Below, one piece after another: positions 9,407 to 20,106 of a stretch of DNA of 64,000 nucleotides (position 1 is the first letter of the stretch; each line of letters starts with the position of its first letter). This DNA is from a virus. Taxonomy: Duplodnaviria; Caudoviricetes. A model generated the notes under the pieces. That model was not told the origin of the DNA, did no database searches, and worked only from the letters and a program-made list of their open reading frames with translations. Location: IMG/VR virus record IMGVR_UViG_3300021431_000084; one strand, written 5' to 3'. The translations under genes and the position numbers were made by a program.

Positions 9407-10162
9407 TTATGATAAGTTCTTTATTCCTACTACTGAAGTTATAATATAGTTAGATGCAGAAGTATTTGGAGTAATATCTCCACGAGTAATACCACTTGTA
9501 GTTGCTGTTAATGAAATAGAATAACAGTTACTAAGCACCCATCCATAATTCCTACCCATAACGCCAGCAGCACGTGCGCCACCACCAACAGGCAACATAC
9601 AACTTCCTTGTGGCTGTTCGGGGTAATCAGCAGTAGTTTTTAAAGTCACATAAACCCATTTGTATGCAGATAAATTAACCGATATATTGCCGGTACTACT
9701 ACCACTCCATGCAGTCACACGAGAAGCCGTAGGAACGTTTACAGTAACTTTAGAAAAACCTAATTTTCCACTCGATGGTGTATATGTACCATTTGAAGTA
9801 ATAGATTTCGTTTCAGTAGCCTGATTAACGCTAACTGTTACTTTAGAGAAACCTATTTTACCTGAAGAAGGTGTGTATGTACCATTTGAGGTAATAGATT
9901 TCGTTTCAGTAGCTTGGTTGACATTAACAGTAACTTTAGAAAATCCAACTTTACCACTCGATGGGGTATAAGTACCATTTGCAGTTATTGATTTTTCTTC
10001 AGTAGAAGCATTTACATTAACAGTTACTTTAGAATATCCGTCTGCATCGTCGCTCGTGGCATTATATGTACCATTAGCCGTTATTGTTTTCTCTTTTAAA
10101 GTGGCATCTGGGCCACTTCCGAATATAAAATACTCGTGTCCATTATGTACTATTTTTGGCAT
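9407..10162 (-). CDS. tail fibre/receptor-binding protein with ~31-aa repeats
   Basis: four KSIT.NGTY.P..G..GFSKVTV.V repeats; MPKI..NG N-terminus. Confidence 0.75.
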   Translation of the reverse strand: MPKIVHNGHEYFIFGSGPDATLKEKTITANGTYNATSDDADGYSKVTVNVNASTEEKSITANGTYTPSSGKVGFSKVTVNVNQATETKSITSNGTYTPSSGKIGFSKVTVSVNQATETKSITSNGTYTPSSGKLGFSKVTVNVPTASRVTAWSGSSTGNISVNLSAYKWVYVTLKTTADYPEQPQGSCMLPVGGGARAAGVMGRNYGWVLSNCYSISLTATTSGITRGDITPNTSASNYIITSVVGIKNLS

Positions 10163-10173
10163 ATGTTACTCCT

Positions 10174-10839
10174 TTAATGTATTCGTTTCCAAGCATACTG
10201 CCCTATCGGATAGCCAAGTTCTATAACAGTACAGCAGGGTGCTTCTGTATTACCACCCTCTTGAAAATTTATTGGGCCAGAACCAACATGAACTCTAAAT
10301 TTATAAGTATGCTGACCTGCGGAAACACCTTTATCTAAATAAACAATACCACCATCGCCGTTATATGAATTTCCGCCACTGCATTGTACCGTTCGAACGG
10401 CTATTTGTGAGCCATCTCGAAATATGTATAGTGAAAACCAAACCGCCGTAGCTGATAGAGGGTTAGCATCTGCATCAAAAGCTAACAACACAGGATTTCC
10501 ATTAGTTGTTACCACAATATTTTTATCCGTATCAACCCCGCTTGCAACATTGGTTAACCCCGTAATTCTTTCACATGCATTTGCAATATTAACCGCCGTC
10601 CAAGTTGTCCCACTTAACCACGTACTCGGATTTGCGCTTGATGAACTTGTAAGAATAGACCCAACAGGATAGATAATATCAACAATAGATGGTGCATCTG
10701 TAATCACATAAAGAGTACCATTATTTTTCTGTTCAGATGGTAAAGCATCATATTCTGCTTGGGTTATTTCAATTGTTATAGTATTACCGGTGCCACCACT
10801 ACCCGCGTATTCTATACCATTAAGCATTATCTTAGGCAT
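10174..10839 (-). CDS. tail fibre/receptor-binding protein
   Basis: MPKI.LNGIEY, EITQAEYDAL..KNNGT.Y.ITD, YPVGSI...NP...GTTW, Y.WKR baseplate-type motifs. Confidence 0.75.
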   Translation of the reverse strand: MPKIMLNGIEYAGSGGTGNTITIEITQAEYDALPSEQKNNGTLYVITDAPSIVDIIYPVGSILTSSSSANPSTWLSGTTWTAVNIANACERITGLTNVASGVDTDKNIVVTTNGNPVLLAFDADANPLSATAVWFSLYIFRDGSQIAVRTVQCSGGNSYNGDGGIVYLDKGVSAGQHTYKFRVHVGSGPINFQEGGNTEAPCCTVIELGYPIGQYAWKRIH

Positions 10840-10853
10840 ATTTTATCCCCCCA

Positions 10854-11672
10854 TTAAACGTAAGTCATTGTATTTGCTATATTAAGAGTACCGGTTGCTG
10901 TACTATAATTATAAATTAAAACAGTTCCATCAGTTTTAATGTTAAACCTTATAGCCACATCATCCGCAGAAGGAACAAAAAGAGTCTCATAAACATCCAT
11001 CTGTGGTCTAAAATTAGTGGGGAGGGTAAAGTCAAGTGTTGTATACGCTTTAGCAGTTAAATTTTTTGGATCAACAATACGCACAATCTTAATTCCATTT
11101 ATTTCAGTAAAATAAAATTTTCCATAATTAGAGGTTCTTTGATCAAATACCTCTACCCATCCGTATTGAGTATAATCAACCATTCTCCAAGACGTACCAT
11201 CATAAGTAAATGATATAACTTGATTATTATTCCACGATTCATATGGATTTGTGCTAGGACTTACAGTGCCATATCTATAAATAAGTTTTGCCCCTGTACC
11301 ACTAACATTGAGTGTTGGAGAAGTAGCACTATTTGAATTGATAAATAATACTCTAATAGATACGCCTGCAATAAGATTAGTTGAAGAAAAACCCAATATA
11401 TTTACTTCCTTCTCCGCCACATCGGCATTTGTATTACAAACACCATAAAAAGCAGTATCAACAGAAGAAGAACTGTCTGTAATACAGTACATAGTACCAT
11501 TGTTTTTCTCGTCTTCACTCAAAGCATCATAATCGGCTTGAGTGATTTCTACTATCTTTCCTTCGATTTCATCTATTTTATCAGCTACAGTTTTCGTAGG
11601 ACTATATTGTACTTGATTGGCAGTAGTAGCTGTACCGCCATATTCTATTCCATTTCTTATTATTTTTGACAT
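10854..11672 (-). CDS. tail fibre/receptor-binding protein
   Basis: shared N-terminal and TQA.YDAL modules; PTLNVSGTGAK.I...FTYDGT.W; LP..FRP C-terminal fibre domain. Confidence 0.75.
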   Translation of the reverse strand: MSKIIRNGIEYGGTATTANQVQYSPTKTVADKIDEIEGKIVEITQADYDALSEDEKNNGTMYCITDSSSSVDTAFYGVCNTNADVAEKEVNILGFSSTNLIAGVSIRVLFINSNSATSPTLNVSGTGAKLIYRYGTVSPSTNPYESWNNNQVISFTYDGTSWRMVDYTQYGWVEVFDQRTSNYGKFYFTEINGIKIVRIVDPKNLTAKAYTTLDFTLPTNFRPQMDVYETLFVPSADDVAIRFNIKTDGTVLIYNYSTATGTLNIANTMTYV

Positions 11673-11749
11673 ATGATGGTCTCCTTAAATATCTGAAAGT
11701 TTCAAAACCATTGACGGAACATATAGAATCAAGTTCTTAGTTATTCTCC

Positions 11750-12265
11750 TTATTCCGAAATCCACCAACCCTGCCCCCATAGCCTCATATTTGCGGTCGG
11801 AGAATATACTTGTATAAGACCATCGGTTGTGATTCGGCATTCTGCATTATTGAAGCCTCCTGCTTCATCTACTAAATAGAACTCCATTATTCCCTTTGGT
11901 TTATGACCTTCAGGAACTGTTGCCTGAGTCACCCACCCTGAACCAGCATTTACCGTAGCGAAATAGAGTCTCAAAGAGTGAATTTTTCCGTAAATCGTAC
12001 ATTGATTGTCCCTCAGTGCCGCACTTCCTGTGGTCGTTACAAAATTATTAACAAACTGCGTCGTTAGCATTTCCGCCACACTCGTATTATCACTCGTACT
12101 CATAGCTATTTCAGTAGCTAAAGGAGCACCTGCTTGTGCATCAGTAATATAGTAGTCAACTCCATCAGTCAATTTACTTGAGGGTAAAGCATCATATTGA
12201 GCTTGTGTAAGTTCTACTGAATTATCTCCAAAGTATTTTATTCCATTTCTGATTATATATCCCAT
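11750..12265 (-). CDS. tail fibre/receptor-binding protein
   Basis: IIRNGIKY, ELTQAQYDAL module, VPEGHKP...ITTDGLI C-terminal domain. Confidence 0.7.
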   Translation of the reverse strand: MGYIIRNGIKYFGDNSVELTQAQYDALPSSKLTDGVDYYITDAQAGAPLATEIAMSTSDNTSVAEMLTTQFVNNFVTTTGSAALRDNQCTIYGKIHSLRLYFATVNAGSGWVTQATVPEGHKPKGIMEFYLVDEAGGFNNAECRITTDGLIQVYSPTANMRLWGQGWWISE

Positions 12266-12268
12266 AGA

Positions 12269-13318
12269 TTATGCATCCTTTATATATAAAACATCTAAAC
12301 GTAGTGTTGTGGTAAGACTTCCCGTGGTATTGTTCCTATAGTAAACTCTTGCAGTAGATGAATTAGCCAAATAGAAGTCAGAATATGCCAAACCTGATGT
12401 ACCACTACCTGTAATACCGACAATCCCGATTGCAGTATATCCAGCTTTTGTAATTGTAATATCCACATAGCTATTTGTCGCTGCAGCTATTACAAATTGA
12501 GCAGAAGCTACTCGCGTTACACTGAATAAATTTCTAACGATAGCAGAAACAGTATCGGAACTTGCTTTGTCTGCAACTTCATCAATAGCACCCTGAACAT
12601 TAGTAGCACTTAAACTGCTATCAGAATTATCATACATTACTTGAGAAGCGGTAGCTACATTTGGATTATTAGTATCTTTGATATAATAAGTAACATCTGA
12701 TTCTAAAGTTCCGGCTTGCTCCCAAGTATCATATTGAGCTTGTGTACACTCTATATAAGTAGTCTTGTCATCTAATGTATCGGATAATGATGTACTTCCA
12801 TTAAATGTAAGATCTCCTGCAATAGTTTCATTACCTTGCCAGTCAAGTGTACGAGCATTGGAACGAGTATTAGCAGTACCGTTACCTATGATTTCTGCGT
12901 AAGTATTATTATTGTCTGCAATATTATATCTACCACTCACATGTTGGGCAGACCCCGCTGCAATTGTATGGTTTCCTTCAGCATGAGAATAAACACCACT
13001 TGTGGTTGTATAATTTCCTTCAGCATGTGAACTACTACCAGAAGCAGTAGTTTGTGACCCTTCTGCATGAGAATAATAACCAGAAGCAGTAGTTTGTGAC
13101 CCTTCTGCATGAGAATGATTACCAGAAGCAGTAGTATTATAACCTACAGCCACAGAATCAGCACCAATAGTAGTACTAGCTTTTCTATTTAAACTCAAAC
13201 TACCACTACCTGTTGGATTAACCTTATCCATCTTGTTAGATAAATCACTACGGGCTTTAAGGTCTTTAATATCATACTCATTACCATCAGGTGTTGTTAT
13301 CTTACTAATATCAGCCAT
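12269..13318 (-). CDS. tail fibre with YadA-head-like SHAEG repeats
   Basis: 14-aa ASG..SHAEG repeats, SNARTLDWQGNE shared with 17162-20083. Confidence 0.8.
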   Translation of the reverse strand: MADISKITTPDGNEYDIKDLKARSDLSNKMDKVNPTGSGSLSLNRKASTTIGADSVAVGYNTTASGNHSHAEGSQTTASGYYSHAEGSQTTASGSSSHAEGNYTTTSGVYSHAEGNHTIAAGSAQHVSGRYNIADNNNTYAEIIGNGTANTRSNARTLDWQGNETIAGDLTFNGSTSLSDTLDDKTTYIECTQAQYDTWEQAGTLESDVTYYIKDTNNPNVATASQVMYDNSDSSLSATNVQGAIDEVADKASSDTVSAIVRNLFSVTRVASAQFVIAAATNSYVDITITKAGYTAIGIVGITGSGTSGLAYSDFYLANSSTARVYYRNNTTGSLTTTLRLDVLYIKDA

Positions 13319-13331
13319 ATTATCACCTCAT

Positions 13332-13883
13332 TTACGGAGTATATGACACAGTACCACTTGCAGGTGTGCCTGTGAATGTGGGGGCGGTTGCTTCATACTC
13401 CGCATCACCCGTTTTAGCTTGAACCGCCGTGGCAAGAGTAGGAACTGCACCAGCTGTAATAATAAGTCTCTCACCCTGTACGGTGTATGTCGGCATAGAG
13501 CCTGCATTTGTAACACCTGTAATAGGTGTCGTAGCACCTGCTGTCTTTACAGAAATACCTGGGGCGGACACATTACCTGTTGCTACTGTACTTACGGATA
13601 CGCCGTCCTTATAAGCGAGTGCCCCAAGTGCCCCAAGGTCACCAAAAGCTGCCCAAGCCGTACCATCAAATATAAATTCACTATTACCATAAAGGGCAAT
13701 GCCACCTGCTTCTGCTGTCACACTCTCCCCATTTATCGTAATGGGGTTAGTTGTTGAACCGTCGGAAAGAGGTGTTGTTGTTTTACCGAGGTACTTTGTA
13801 AAGCCCTCAAGATTGTCAACACGACTATCTCTTAAATCATATACGCTACCACTCGGCAATTCGATTTGACTTAAATTTGGCAT
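13332..13883 (-). CDS. putative tail-associated protein
   Basis: Thr/Gly-rich, EFIFDGTAW, APTFTGT motifs. Confidence 0.6.
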   Translation of the reverse strand: MPNLSQIELPSGSVYDLRDSRVDNLEGFTKYLGKTTTPLSDGSTTNPITINGESVTAEAGGIALYGNSEFIFDGTAWAAFGDLGALGALAYKDGVSVSTVATGNVSAPGISVKTAGATTPITGVTNAGSMPTYTVQGERLIITAGAVPTLATAVQAKTGDAEYEATAPTFTGTPASGTVSYTP

Positions 13884-13896
13884 AATTAAATCTCCT

Positions 13897-14394
13897 TTAC
13901 TTTGTTGTAAATATCAACCGTTTATCATTATTAGGATCTATATAACACCTAACTTTATCGTTCCAAAAATTTCTTTCTTCTTGAGTTATGTGAATGACAG
14001 TATTATTAATGTGTTCAACAATCTCATCGTCAGTAAACGGTAAATCAATTAAATATGCTTTACCATCACCGATCTTAATAGCAGGCTTTCCATCTCTATA
14101 ATCTGAATAAATATAAATAAACCCTGCTTTAGAAAGAGTTTTTGGTTTACTGTTCCATGTTGCTGTTGAAGCATACAATACTTTGCAATCTCCTCCTTCA
14201 ACAACATAAACAGTACCAAAAGATGCTTCTAATGGTAAATTTTCACCAAAGGAAATATCAAGAGTCTGATCAATACCATAATCAGCATCAATAACTTCAT
14301 TTGTCTTTAAATCAACATTTACATTAGGTGGTGATGATCCTATTTTTGTATCTAAACTTGGATTAGAATTAAAATTAATTGGGAGTTCATTCAC
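13897..14394 (-). CDS. tail-associated protein (hyaluronidase-N-like motif)
   Basis: IKIGDG....DLPF and H....HIT.EER..W motifs. Confidence 0.55.
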   Translation of the reverse strand: MNELPINFNSNPSLDTKIGSSPPNVNVDLKTNEVIDADYGIDQTLDISFGENLPLEASFGTVYVVEGGDCKVLYASTATWNSKPKTLSKAGFIYIYSDYRDGKPAIKIGDGKAYLIDLPFTDDEIVEHINNTVIHITQEERNFWNDKVRCYIDPNNDKRLIFTTK

Positions 14395-14707
14395 TTATAA
14401 CGCCTCCCTTATAAACTTCTATAATAGATATAGACTTAGCTATACAAGCCAAAGCCGTTCCATCAGTCATTAAAAGACGAATTTGAAATAACGCACCACC
14501 TTCTTTTAGTCCTAAAGTATCATTTTGACTAAGAGTAACTTTTATGGTATGTGTGTTAGCATCAATATTAACATCTTCAATCTTTTTATCAACCACAACT
14601 CGCTTGTATTGAGAAATATAAACCCAGATTTCGGCAACCTTGGTCAAGTCTATATCTGATTTTACATTTATTGTTATTGTTGGGGTTGTCCCTCGAATTA
14701 TTTCCAT
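14387..14707 (-). CDS. BppU-N-like baseplate upper protein
   Basis: IIRGTTPTI...VTLSQNDTL.L....FQIR. Confidence 0.6.
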   Translation of the reverse strand: MEIIRGTTPTITINVKSDIDLTKVAEIWVYISQYKRVVVDKKIEDVNIDANTHTIKVTLSQNDTLGLKEGGALFQIRLLMTDGTALACIAKSISIIEVYKGGVISE

Positions 14708-14732
14708 AGATTACCTCTTTTCTGAAAAATGA

Positions 14733-15404
14733 TTAAGTGAATTTATAACCTGTTAATACATACAATGATCCAGAGCCATAATGAGCAAAATTTATACCAT
14801 CATTACTTGCCCACATTGGACCATTGGTATTATTATAACCATGGCCTACAAAACTGGTTGTTGATATTAATTCATTTACGTTGGGTTTAACTAAAAATGG
14901 ACCTACTTCATCTACATTACCACTACCAGAAATGACAGATATAAAATCATAATTGTTAATATTTTCTTCTAATACTATATTACTATTGGTACTACCGGAA
15001 TGTAATATTGTTTTTGTTATTGTTTTATTCGTGCAATTAAGCCCTTCTATTTTTGAGATGAATGTATCACGATACCATCTGCGAGTAAGTGTGGTTCCAT
15101 CTGTCGGAGTTATACAACAGCCTCTAGAACTATTGGATGGACAATGTGGGAAAAATCCCATATATATATTTAAATTATTACAAAGTTCATCAAATTCTTC
15201 TGGCGAAAATATATATTCCTGATAGTTATAATATACATCACTATTGTTATATAAAGTAACTTTTAGAAAATCATAATTATGATAATCATCAGATAATGCA
15301 TAAGAAGAATCACTATAACCACTACCAGTAAATAATGTTGTTATAGAGAATATAGGCCCAGTATCTCCACCACCAGACTCTTTAACACTTCTAAAATATG
15401 CCAT
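14733..15404 (-). CDS. putative tail/receptor-binding protein
   Basis: duplicated L.....NYDF module. Confidence 0.5.
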   Translation of the reverse strand: MAYFRSVKESGGGDTGPIFSITTLFTGSGYSDSSYALSDDYHNYDFLKVTLYNNSDVYYNYQEYIFSPEEFDELCNNLNIYMGFFPHCPSNSSRGCCITPTDGTTLTRRWYRDTFISKIEGLNCTNKTITKTILHSGSTNSNIVLEENINNYDFISVISGSGNVDEVGPFLVKPNVNELISTTSFVGHGYNNTNGPMWASNDGINFAHYGSGSLYVLTGYKFT

Positions 15405-15418
15405 GTTTAGTTACCTCC

Positions 15419-16222
15419 TTAATTAAGCCATCTAAACTTAAAGGAATTGATAGTACCTCTTTGGAATCTGCTACTATCATCTTTTGTACCACCAACTGTT
15501 AATGTGTTAGAGTCGTCAAGTGTATTATCCCAAGCTACAGAATATAAAATCTCATCTTCCATATTGTAGAAAATTAAATTTTGTCCATTTTTAAGAATTC
15601 GTATTTGTAATGTTGTTAAATTAGCTAATGCAGATATTGTATTAGCGTTAAACATCCATCTTACAGAAGAACTTGTACTTTCATGAATAACACTTAATAA
15701 TTGTCGATTAGCATATTCTAAAGACCAACGGTAAACATTGTCAGTATCGTTTATTGTAGTATCTAATAACATTTCCCAATCACGAGTTCTATTAGCTTCA
15801 CTTCTTAATTTAATTCCAGTATCTACATAAGAGGAAGCATCATAATCACTTAATTCATAATCATAAATAATTGGGTCATTATCATTGAAAAATACTAATT
15901 TTACTCTCATATCAGAAGATTGAGCAGGATATGTTAGTACAGCATTACCACTATTTAATCTATTAGATGTATAATTTACTCCATCAATAGAAGTATATAC
16001 ATCAACAGTTGAATCTGGCGTAATATCTGCATTATAAATAGTTACTGATGTTTCTCCAGCGGGTAACTTGCCAAGAGCAGTTTTTCTACCTGAAGAGTTT
16101 CTATTTTCCCACTTATCTTCAGTTTCGTTATATGTTACAACTTGTCCATCTGATAAATTTGAAAAATTAACATCAGATAATTTGCTTAATTTTTCATTTT
16201 TTTCGGTTTTTGTCCAAGCCAT
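15419..16222 (-). CDS. putative tail/receptor-binding protein
   Basis: LS.LSDV....L.DGQV..Y.....W.N and L.AGET.VT modules shared with 17162-20083; YVDTGI. Confidence 0.65.
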   Translation of the reverse strand: MAWTKTEKNEKLSKLSDVNFSNLSDGQVVTYNETEDKWENRNSSGRKTALGKLPAGETSVTIYNADITPDSTVDVYTSIDGVNYTSNRLNSGNAVLTYPAQSSDMRVKLVFFNDNDPIIYDYELSDYDASSYVDTGIKLRSEANRTRDWEMLLDTTINDTDNVYRWSLEYANRQLLSVIHESTSSSVRWMFNANTISALANLTTLQIRILKNGQNLIFYNMEDEILYSVAWDNTLDDSNTLTVGGTKDDSSRFQRGTINSFKFRWLN

Positions 16223-16238
16223 TTATTTTCTCCTTTCT

Positions 16239-16302
16239 TGCGGCGAGCTGGTCCTGAGAACTTTTTAATTAGTTCTTGAGTATCTCAGGACCACCGGCCG
16301 CA
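16239..16302. other. strong intergenic inverted repeat
   Basis: TGCGGC..TGGTCCTGAGA / TCTCAGGACCA..GCCGCA. Confidence 0.65.
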
Positions 16303-16357
16303 CGTTCTTTAATAAAAAGACTTATGTAATTTCAAGATAATTATTAATTAACATGAT

Positions 16358-16654
16358 TTACGCGGAAGGTAGTCCTGTTTCTGAGCTTCCTCCACAAGCT
16401 GTGATTCCTGCATCATAGTCTATCATCGAAGTTCCAAGAGCGTTCTCCTGTTCTTTATTGAGAAGATAACATCCATCGAACCACTGCGAAAGCGGCATTA
16501 TCTTTCCCTGCTCCATCATGGAATGGAAATTACCTGCACCGATTGCATTCTGCACCCACGGTGTAATGTTGTTCTTCTTCTTGCCCGAAGAGAAGTCAAT
16601 ATGCTTGAACTTATCGTAAGAAAATTGAAGTTCTGTATATCCCTGTAAAGCCAT
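16358..16654 (-). pseudogene. probable truncated tail gene
   Basis: N-terminus resembles ORF at 1-421 but stops after 98 aa at a compositional boundary. Confidence 0.45.
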
Positions 16655-16659
16655 TCTGT

Positions 16660-17151
16660 TTATCCTCCTGTTGTAAATCCTGTCAGATTGAAAATTTCAT
16701 AGTTAGCATCGTAAAGAGTTTCTTTTGTCGCTTCGGTCTCTCCCCCAATCGCCATCGAGCCTATGAAATTCAAATAGCAATTCGTGTGCGAGCCTGTCCA
16801 TCCATAGAATATTTCTATCGTATCGCCTGCATTGAAATCAATAGCCGTGAAATCATCAAGAGTAACTGTCGAGCTTGTCGGAAGAGCCTTATTGTAAACC
16901 TCCGTTCCGTTCTTCTCTACCGATAGATATGCGTGATTGCTTCCGCAGTTCGTGATAGCGGTCGAAGCCGTATCCATCATAAAAGAACCACTCGAAGTGC
17001 AATCTATGTGTAAAAAAGGCTTGGCAGGATTTAGGTCATACAAGCCTGTCGCTCCATAAGAAAAATGAAGAGCAACCGAAGAAGCTCCGCCGCCGCTCCC
17101 CAGATGCACATTCCCGAAAATCGTCTGTCCGTTTATTATTGCTTTTGCCAT
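16660..17151 (-). CDS. putative receptor-binding protein
   Basis: MAKAIINGQTIFG N-terminal motif; higher GC than flanks. Confidence 0.6.
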   Translation of the reverse strand: MAKAIINGQTIFGNVHLGSGGGASSVALHFSYGATGLYDLNPAKPFLHIDCTSSGSFMMDTASTAITNCGSNHAYLSVEKNGTEVYNKALPTSSTVTLDDFTAIDFNAGDTIEIFYGWTGSHTNCYLNFIGSMAIGGETEATKETLYDANYEIFNLTGFTTGG

Positions 17152-17161
17152 TTTAGCCTCC

Positions 17162-20083
17162 TTATGCAAGAGTTATAATTTGTTGTTCATACATAATTTG
17201 AATTGAGCAAGGGGTATTATTTAAGTTAGATGGCGCATTAACATTTGCCTGAACAAATAAACCCATCCCGTTTGAACTCACGCTGTATGAATTAGATATC
17301 GTTGAAAACTTCGCATTATCAATAAGATAAGAACCATCTATCATTCTGATTGTCATCTTTACATCATTTAGAGATATATTCCTTATTCCCGTTTCATTAA
17401 AGGGTTTGTTAAGTGGAATATAAAATCTCAAACTTTTAGCACTTGAAGTAATGTAGCCTGCCGAGACAATTCCAGCTATTAACACATTGTCTCCAACATG
17501 ATACATAGAATTAGATAGTAATTCCGCTATCTGCCCATTTGCATCAGCAATCCCTTCATCTATTGTTCTTGTATCTGTACTCGATACTTGTATATCTTCT
17601 CCTGTCGTCTCTGCATTGGTCTGAATGTAAATAGTGCCGTTATTCTTCTCGGCTGTTGTTAGTGCTTCGTACTGTGCTGTCGTCAATTCTTTGACGGGAT
17701 GATACTCTTCATCGAGGCAATACATTTTCGCATTATCGGTTATCTTATAAATCGAACCATTCATCTTCTCAACCGATGTGAGAAGGTCATATTCAGCTTG
17801 TGTTTTTTGGATTACTATTTTACTAAGTGCTTGTGTTACTGACTGATTACCATTGATTGTCAAATCGCCAGCGAGTACCTCATTACCTTGCCAGTCAAGT
17901 GTACGAGCGTTGGAAAGATTCTTACCATCAATACCATTACCGACTATTTCTACATATGTACCCTTTTCAGTAGCAGGATTAGTAGATTCGTCTAATATAT
18001 TACATGTACCAAATACATGCTGAGCATAGTGAGTGGCAGTTGTATTGTACCCTTCAGCATGAGATAAATCACCACTTGCGGTTGTATAATTTCCTTCAGC
18101 ATGTGAATTACTACCAGAAGCAGTTGTACTTTGTCCTTCAGCATGAGAACTAATACCAGTTGCATGCGTACCATAACCTTCTGCGTGAGCATAATTTTTA
18201 GTAGCTGTGGTAGCTGCACCCTCTGCATGAGAATCAGTCCCGGAGGCAGTTGTATTAGATCCTTCAGCATGAGAAGATTCACCAGAAGCAGTGGTATAAA
18301 TGCCTTCAGCATGAGAATTAACCTGAAAGGCTTTGGTATAATATCCTTCTGCATGGGCTCTTTGATAAGTAGCCTGTGAATAATAACCTTCTGAATGAGA
18401 ATAATCTCCAGAAGCAGTGGTACCAACACCTTCTGCATGAGAACAAACACCAGAAGCAGTAGTATTATAACCTTCAGCATGAGCATTTTCCGCGTTAGCT
18501 TGAGAACTACTACCTTCTGCATGAGAGTAGTTGCCTAAAGCAATGGTATTAGCCCCTTCCGCATGAGAACCTTGACCAGAAGCTTTGGTATAATATCCTT
18601 CTGCATGGGAGCTTTGACCAGAGGCAGTAGAATTTTGACCTTCAGAGTGTGCAGCAGTTTGTGTTGTTGTAGTGTAACTTCCTTCTGCATGACTATATTG
18701 TCCTTTTGCAGTTGAATTTCCTTCAGAGTGAGAATATGTCCCTTCTGCTTTACTATAATTTTCAGCGTGAGAGGATCCTCCTAATGCTTGAGAACTACTA
18801 CCTTCTGCATGAGAGTAGTCACCCACTGCCACAGTACGATAGCCTTCTGCGTGAGAACCCTGGCCAGGAGCATTAGTTTCACAACCTTCTGCATGAGCAT
18901 AAGGTTTAGAAGCAGTTCCCTTACCCTCTGCATGGGAATAGTCACCAGCAGCTACTGAACTATTACCTTCAGCATGAGAAGAATCACCATAAGCAGTGGT
19001 ACCACTACCTTCTGCGTGAGAATTGGCCCCAATAGCTTTAGTGCTATAACCTTCTGCATGTGCATAAGAACTAGAAGCTGTGGTGCTATTACCTTCTGCA
19101 TGAGAACCAGTAGCAGAAGCTGTAGTACCGCCACCTTCTGCATGAGAGTAATAGCCAGAAGCCTCATTACCTTCACCCTCAGCTACAGAATTAAGACCAA
19201 TAGCTGTACCGGCTTTTCTATTCAAGCTCAAACTACCACTACCTGTAGGATTAATTTTATCCATCTTATTATTAACATTAGTAAAAATATCAGACAAAGA
19301 AACTTCCTGCCATTTGGTTGGGTCAAATTCCTCTCCGGGGTCAGGTATTGCAGTAATATTTATATAATACTTATCATTATGAATAGTCAAATCTCCTACA
19401 CTATAAGAAGAACTATTATCATATTCATCAGCAAATTCAGTTTTATCTACTTTCTTTTCTGATTCTTGTGCAATTTTAGTACTTGACCAAGTTGAATTAA
19501 GATTTGTTTCGTCATCATCAATTTCTACTCCAGCCGTACCAACTCCCTTAATCCAAACACGCGCCATTACTGGCATATCATTTTCTTGTTCAGGGAAAGT
19601 ATAAGTAACACTTCCATCTGTTACTTCTCTGGATATATATTCAACTCCATCAAAAGCATCATCTACATAATCTTCAATGACAGAATTAGCTGTAATATAA
19701 TCACTTGTTAAAGTGACAGTGGTTTCACCGGCCGTTAATATACCTTGTAATTCAGCATATATGTCTTTTCCGGTACCATTTTTCCACATACCAGATTCTA
19801 CATCATATACAAGATATTCTCCATCTTTGAGTTGACTAAGATTTACGTCAGTAAGTCCACTTAAGGCTGAAGCTCCACCAGAGCCACCACCAGTAATTAT
19901 CTCGACCCATTGACCTTTACTATTATACATATAGGTCTTTTTAGAATCAATAACATATACTGTACTACCCGGGGCGATTGCTTCTCCATTGTCTTCAAAT
20001 GGAATATCATCTAAGGTATCGCACAAATAATGTTTAATACCATAACTTATTTTTCCACTATTAGCAATTATAAATAAAGCCAT
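17162..20083 (-). CDS. large tail fibre/adhesin with YadA-head-like repeats
   Basis: ~27 (A/S)H(A/S)EG 13-14-aa repeats, TWSS.KI motif, two TQA.Y..L modules. Confidence 0.85.
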   Translation of the reverse strand: MALFIIANSGKISYGIKHYLCDTLDDIPFEDNGEAIAPGSTVYVIDSKKTYMYNSKGQWVEIITGGGSGGASALSGLTDVNLSQLKDGEYLVYDVESGMWKNGTGKDIYAELQGILTAGETTVTLTSDYITANSVIEDYVDDAFDGVEYISREVTDGSVTYTFPEQENDMPVMARVWIKGVGTAGVEIDDDETNLNSTWSSTKIAQESEKKVDKTEFADEYDNSSSYSVGDLTIHNDKYYINITAIPDPGEEFDPTKWQEVSLSDIFTNVNNKMDKINPTGSGSLSLNRKAGTAIGLNSVAEGEGNEASGYYSHAEGGGTTASATGSHAEGNSTTASSSYAHAEGYSTKAIGANSHAEGSGTTAYGDSSHAEGNSSVAAGDYSHAEGKGTASKPYAHAEGCETNAPGQGSHAEGYRTVAVGDYSHAEGSSSQALGGSSHAENYSKAEGTYSHSEGNSTAKGQYSHAEGSYTTTTQTAAHSEGQNSTASGQSSHAEGYYTKASGQGSHAEGANTIALGNYSHAEGSSSQANAENAHAEGYNTTASGVCSHAEGVGTTASGDYSHSEGYYSQATYQRAHAEGYYTKAFQVNSHAEGIYTTASGESSHAEGSNTTASGTDSHAEGAATTATKNYAHAEGYGTHATGISSHAEGQSTTASGSNSHAEGNYTTASGDLSHAEGYNTTATHYAQHVFGTCNILDESTNPATEKGTYVEIVGNGIDGKNLSNARTLDWQGNEVLAGDLTINGNQSVTQALSKIVIQKTQAEYDLLTSVEKMNGSIYKITDNAKMYCLDEEYHPVKELTTAQYEALTTAEKNNGTIYIQTNAETTGEDIQVSSTDTRTIDEGIADANGQIAELLSNSMYHVGDNVLIAGIVSAGYITSSAKSLRFYIPLNKPFNETGIRNISLNDVKMTIRMIDGSYLIDNAKFSTISNSYSVSSNGMGLFVQANVNAPSNLNNTPCSIQIMYEQQIITLA

Positions 20084-20106
20084 TTGTTTACCTCCTTTTA
20101 TTTTTA

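Noticed and set aside
17992-19462. Alternative-frame ORFs inside the tail fibre
   Set aside because: Artefacts of the 42-bp coding repeats
12269-20083. Diversity-generating retroelement TR/VR pair
   Set aside because: Shared DNA is confined to coding repeats, differences are not adenine-specific, and no reverse transcriptase is in the window
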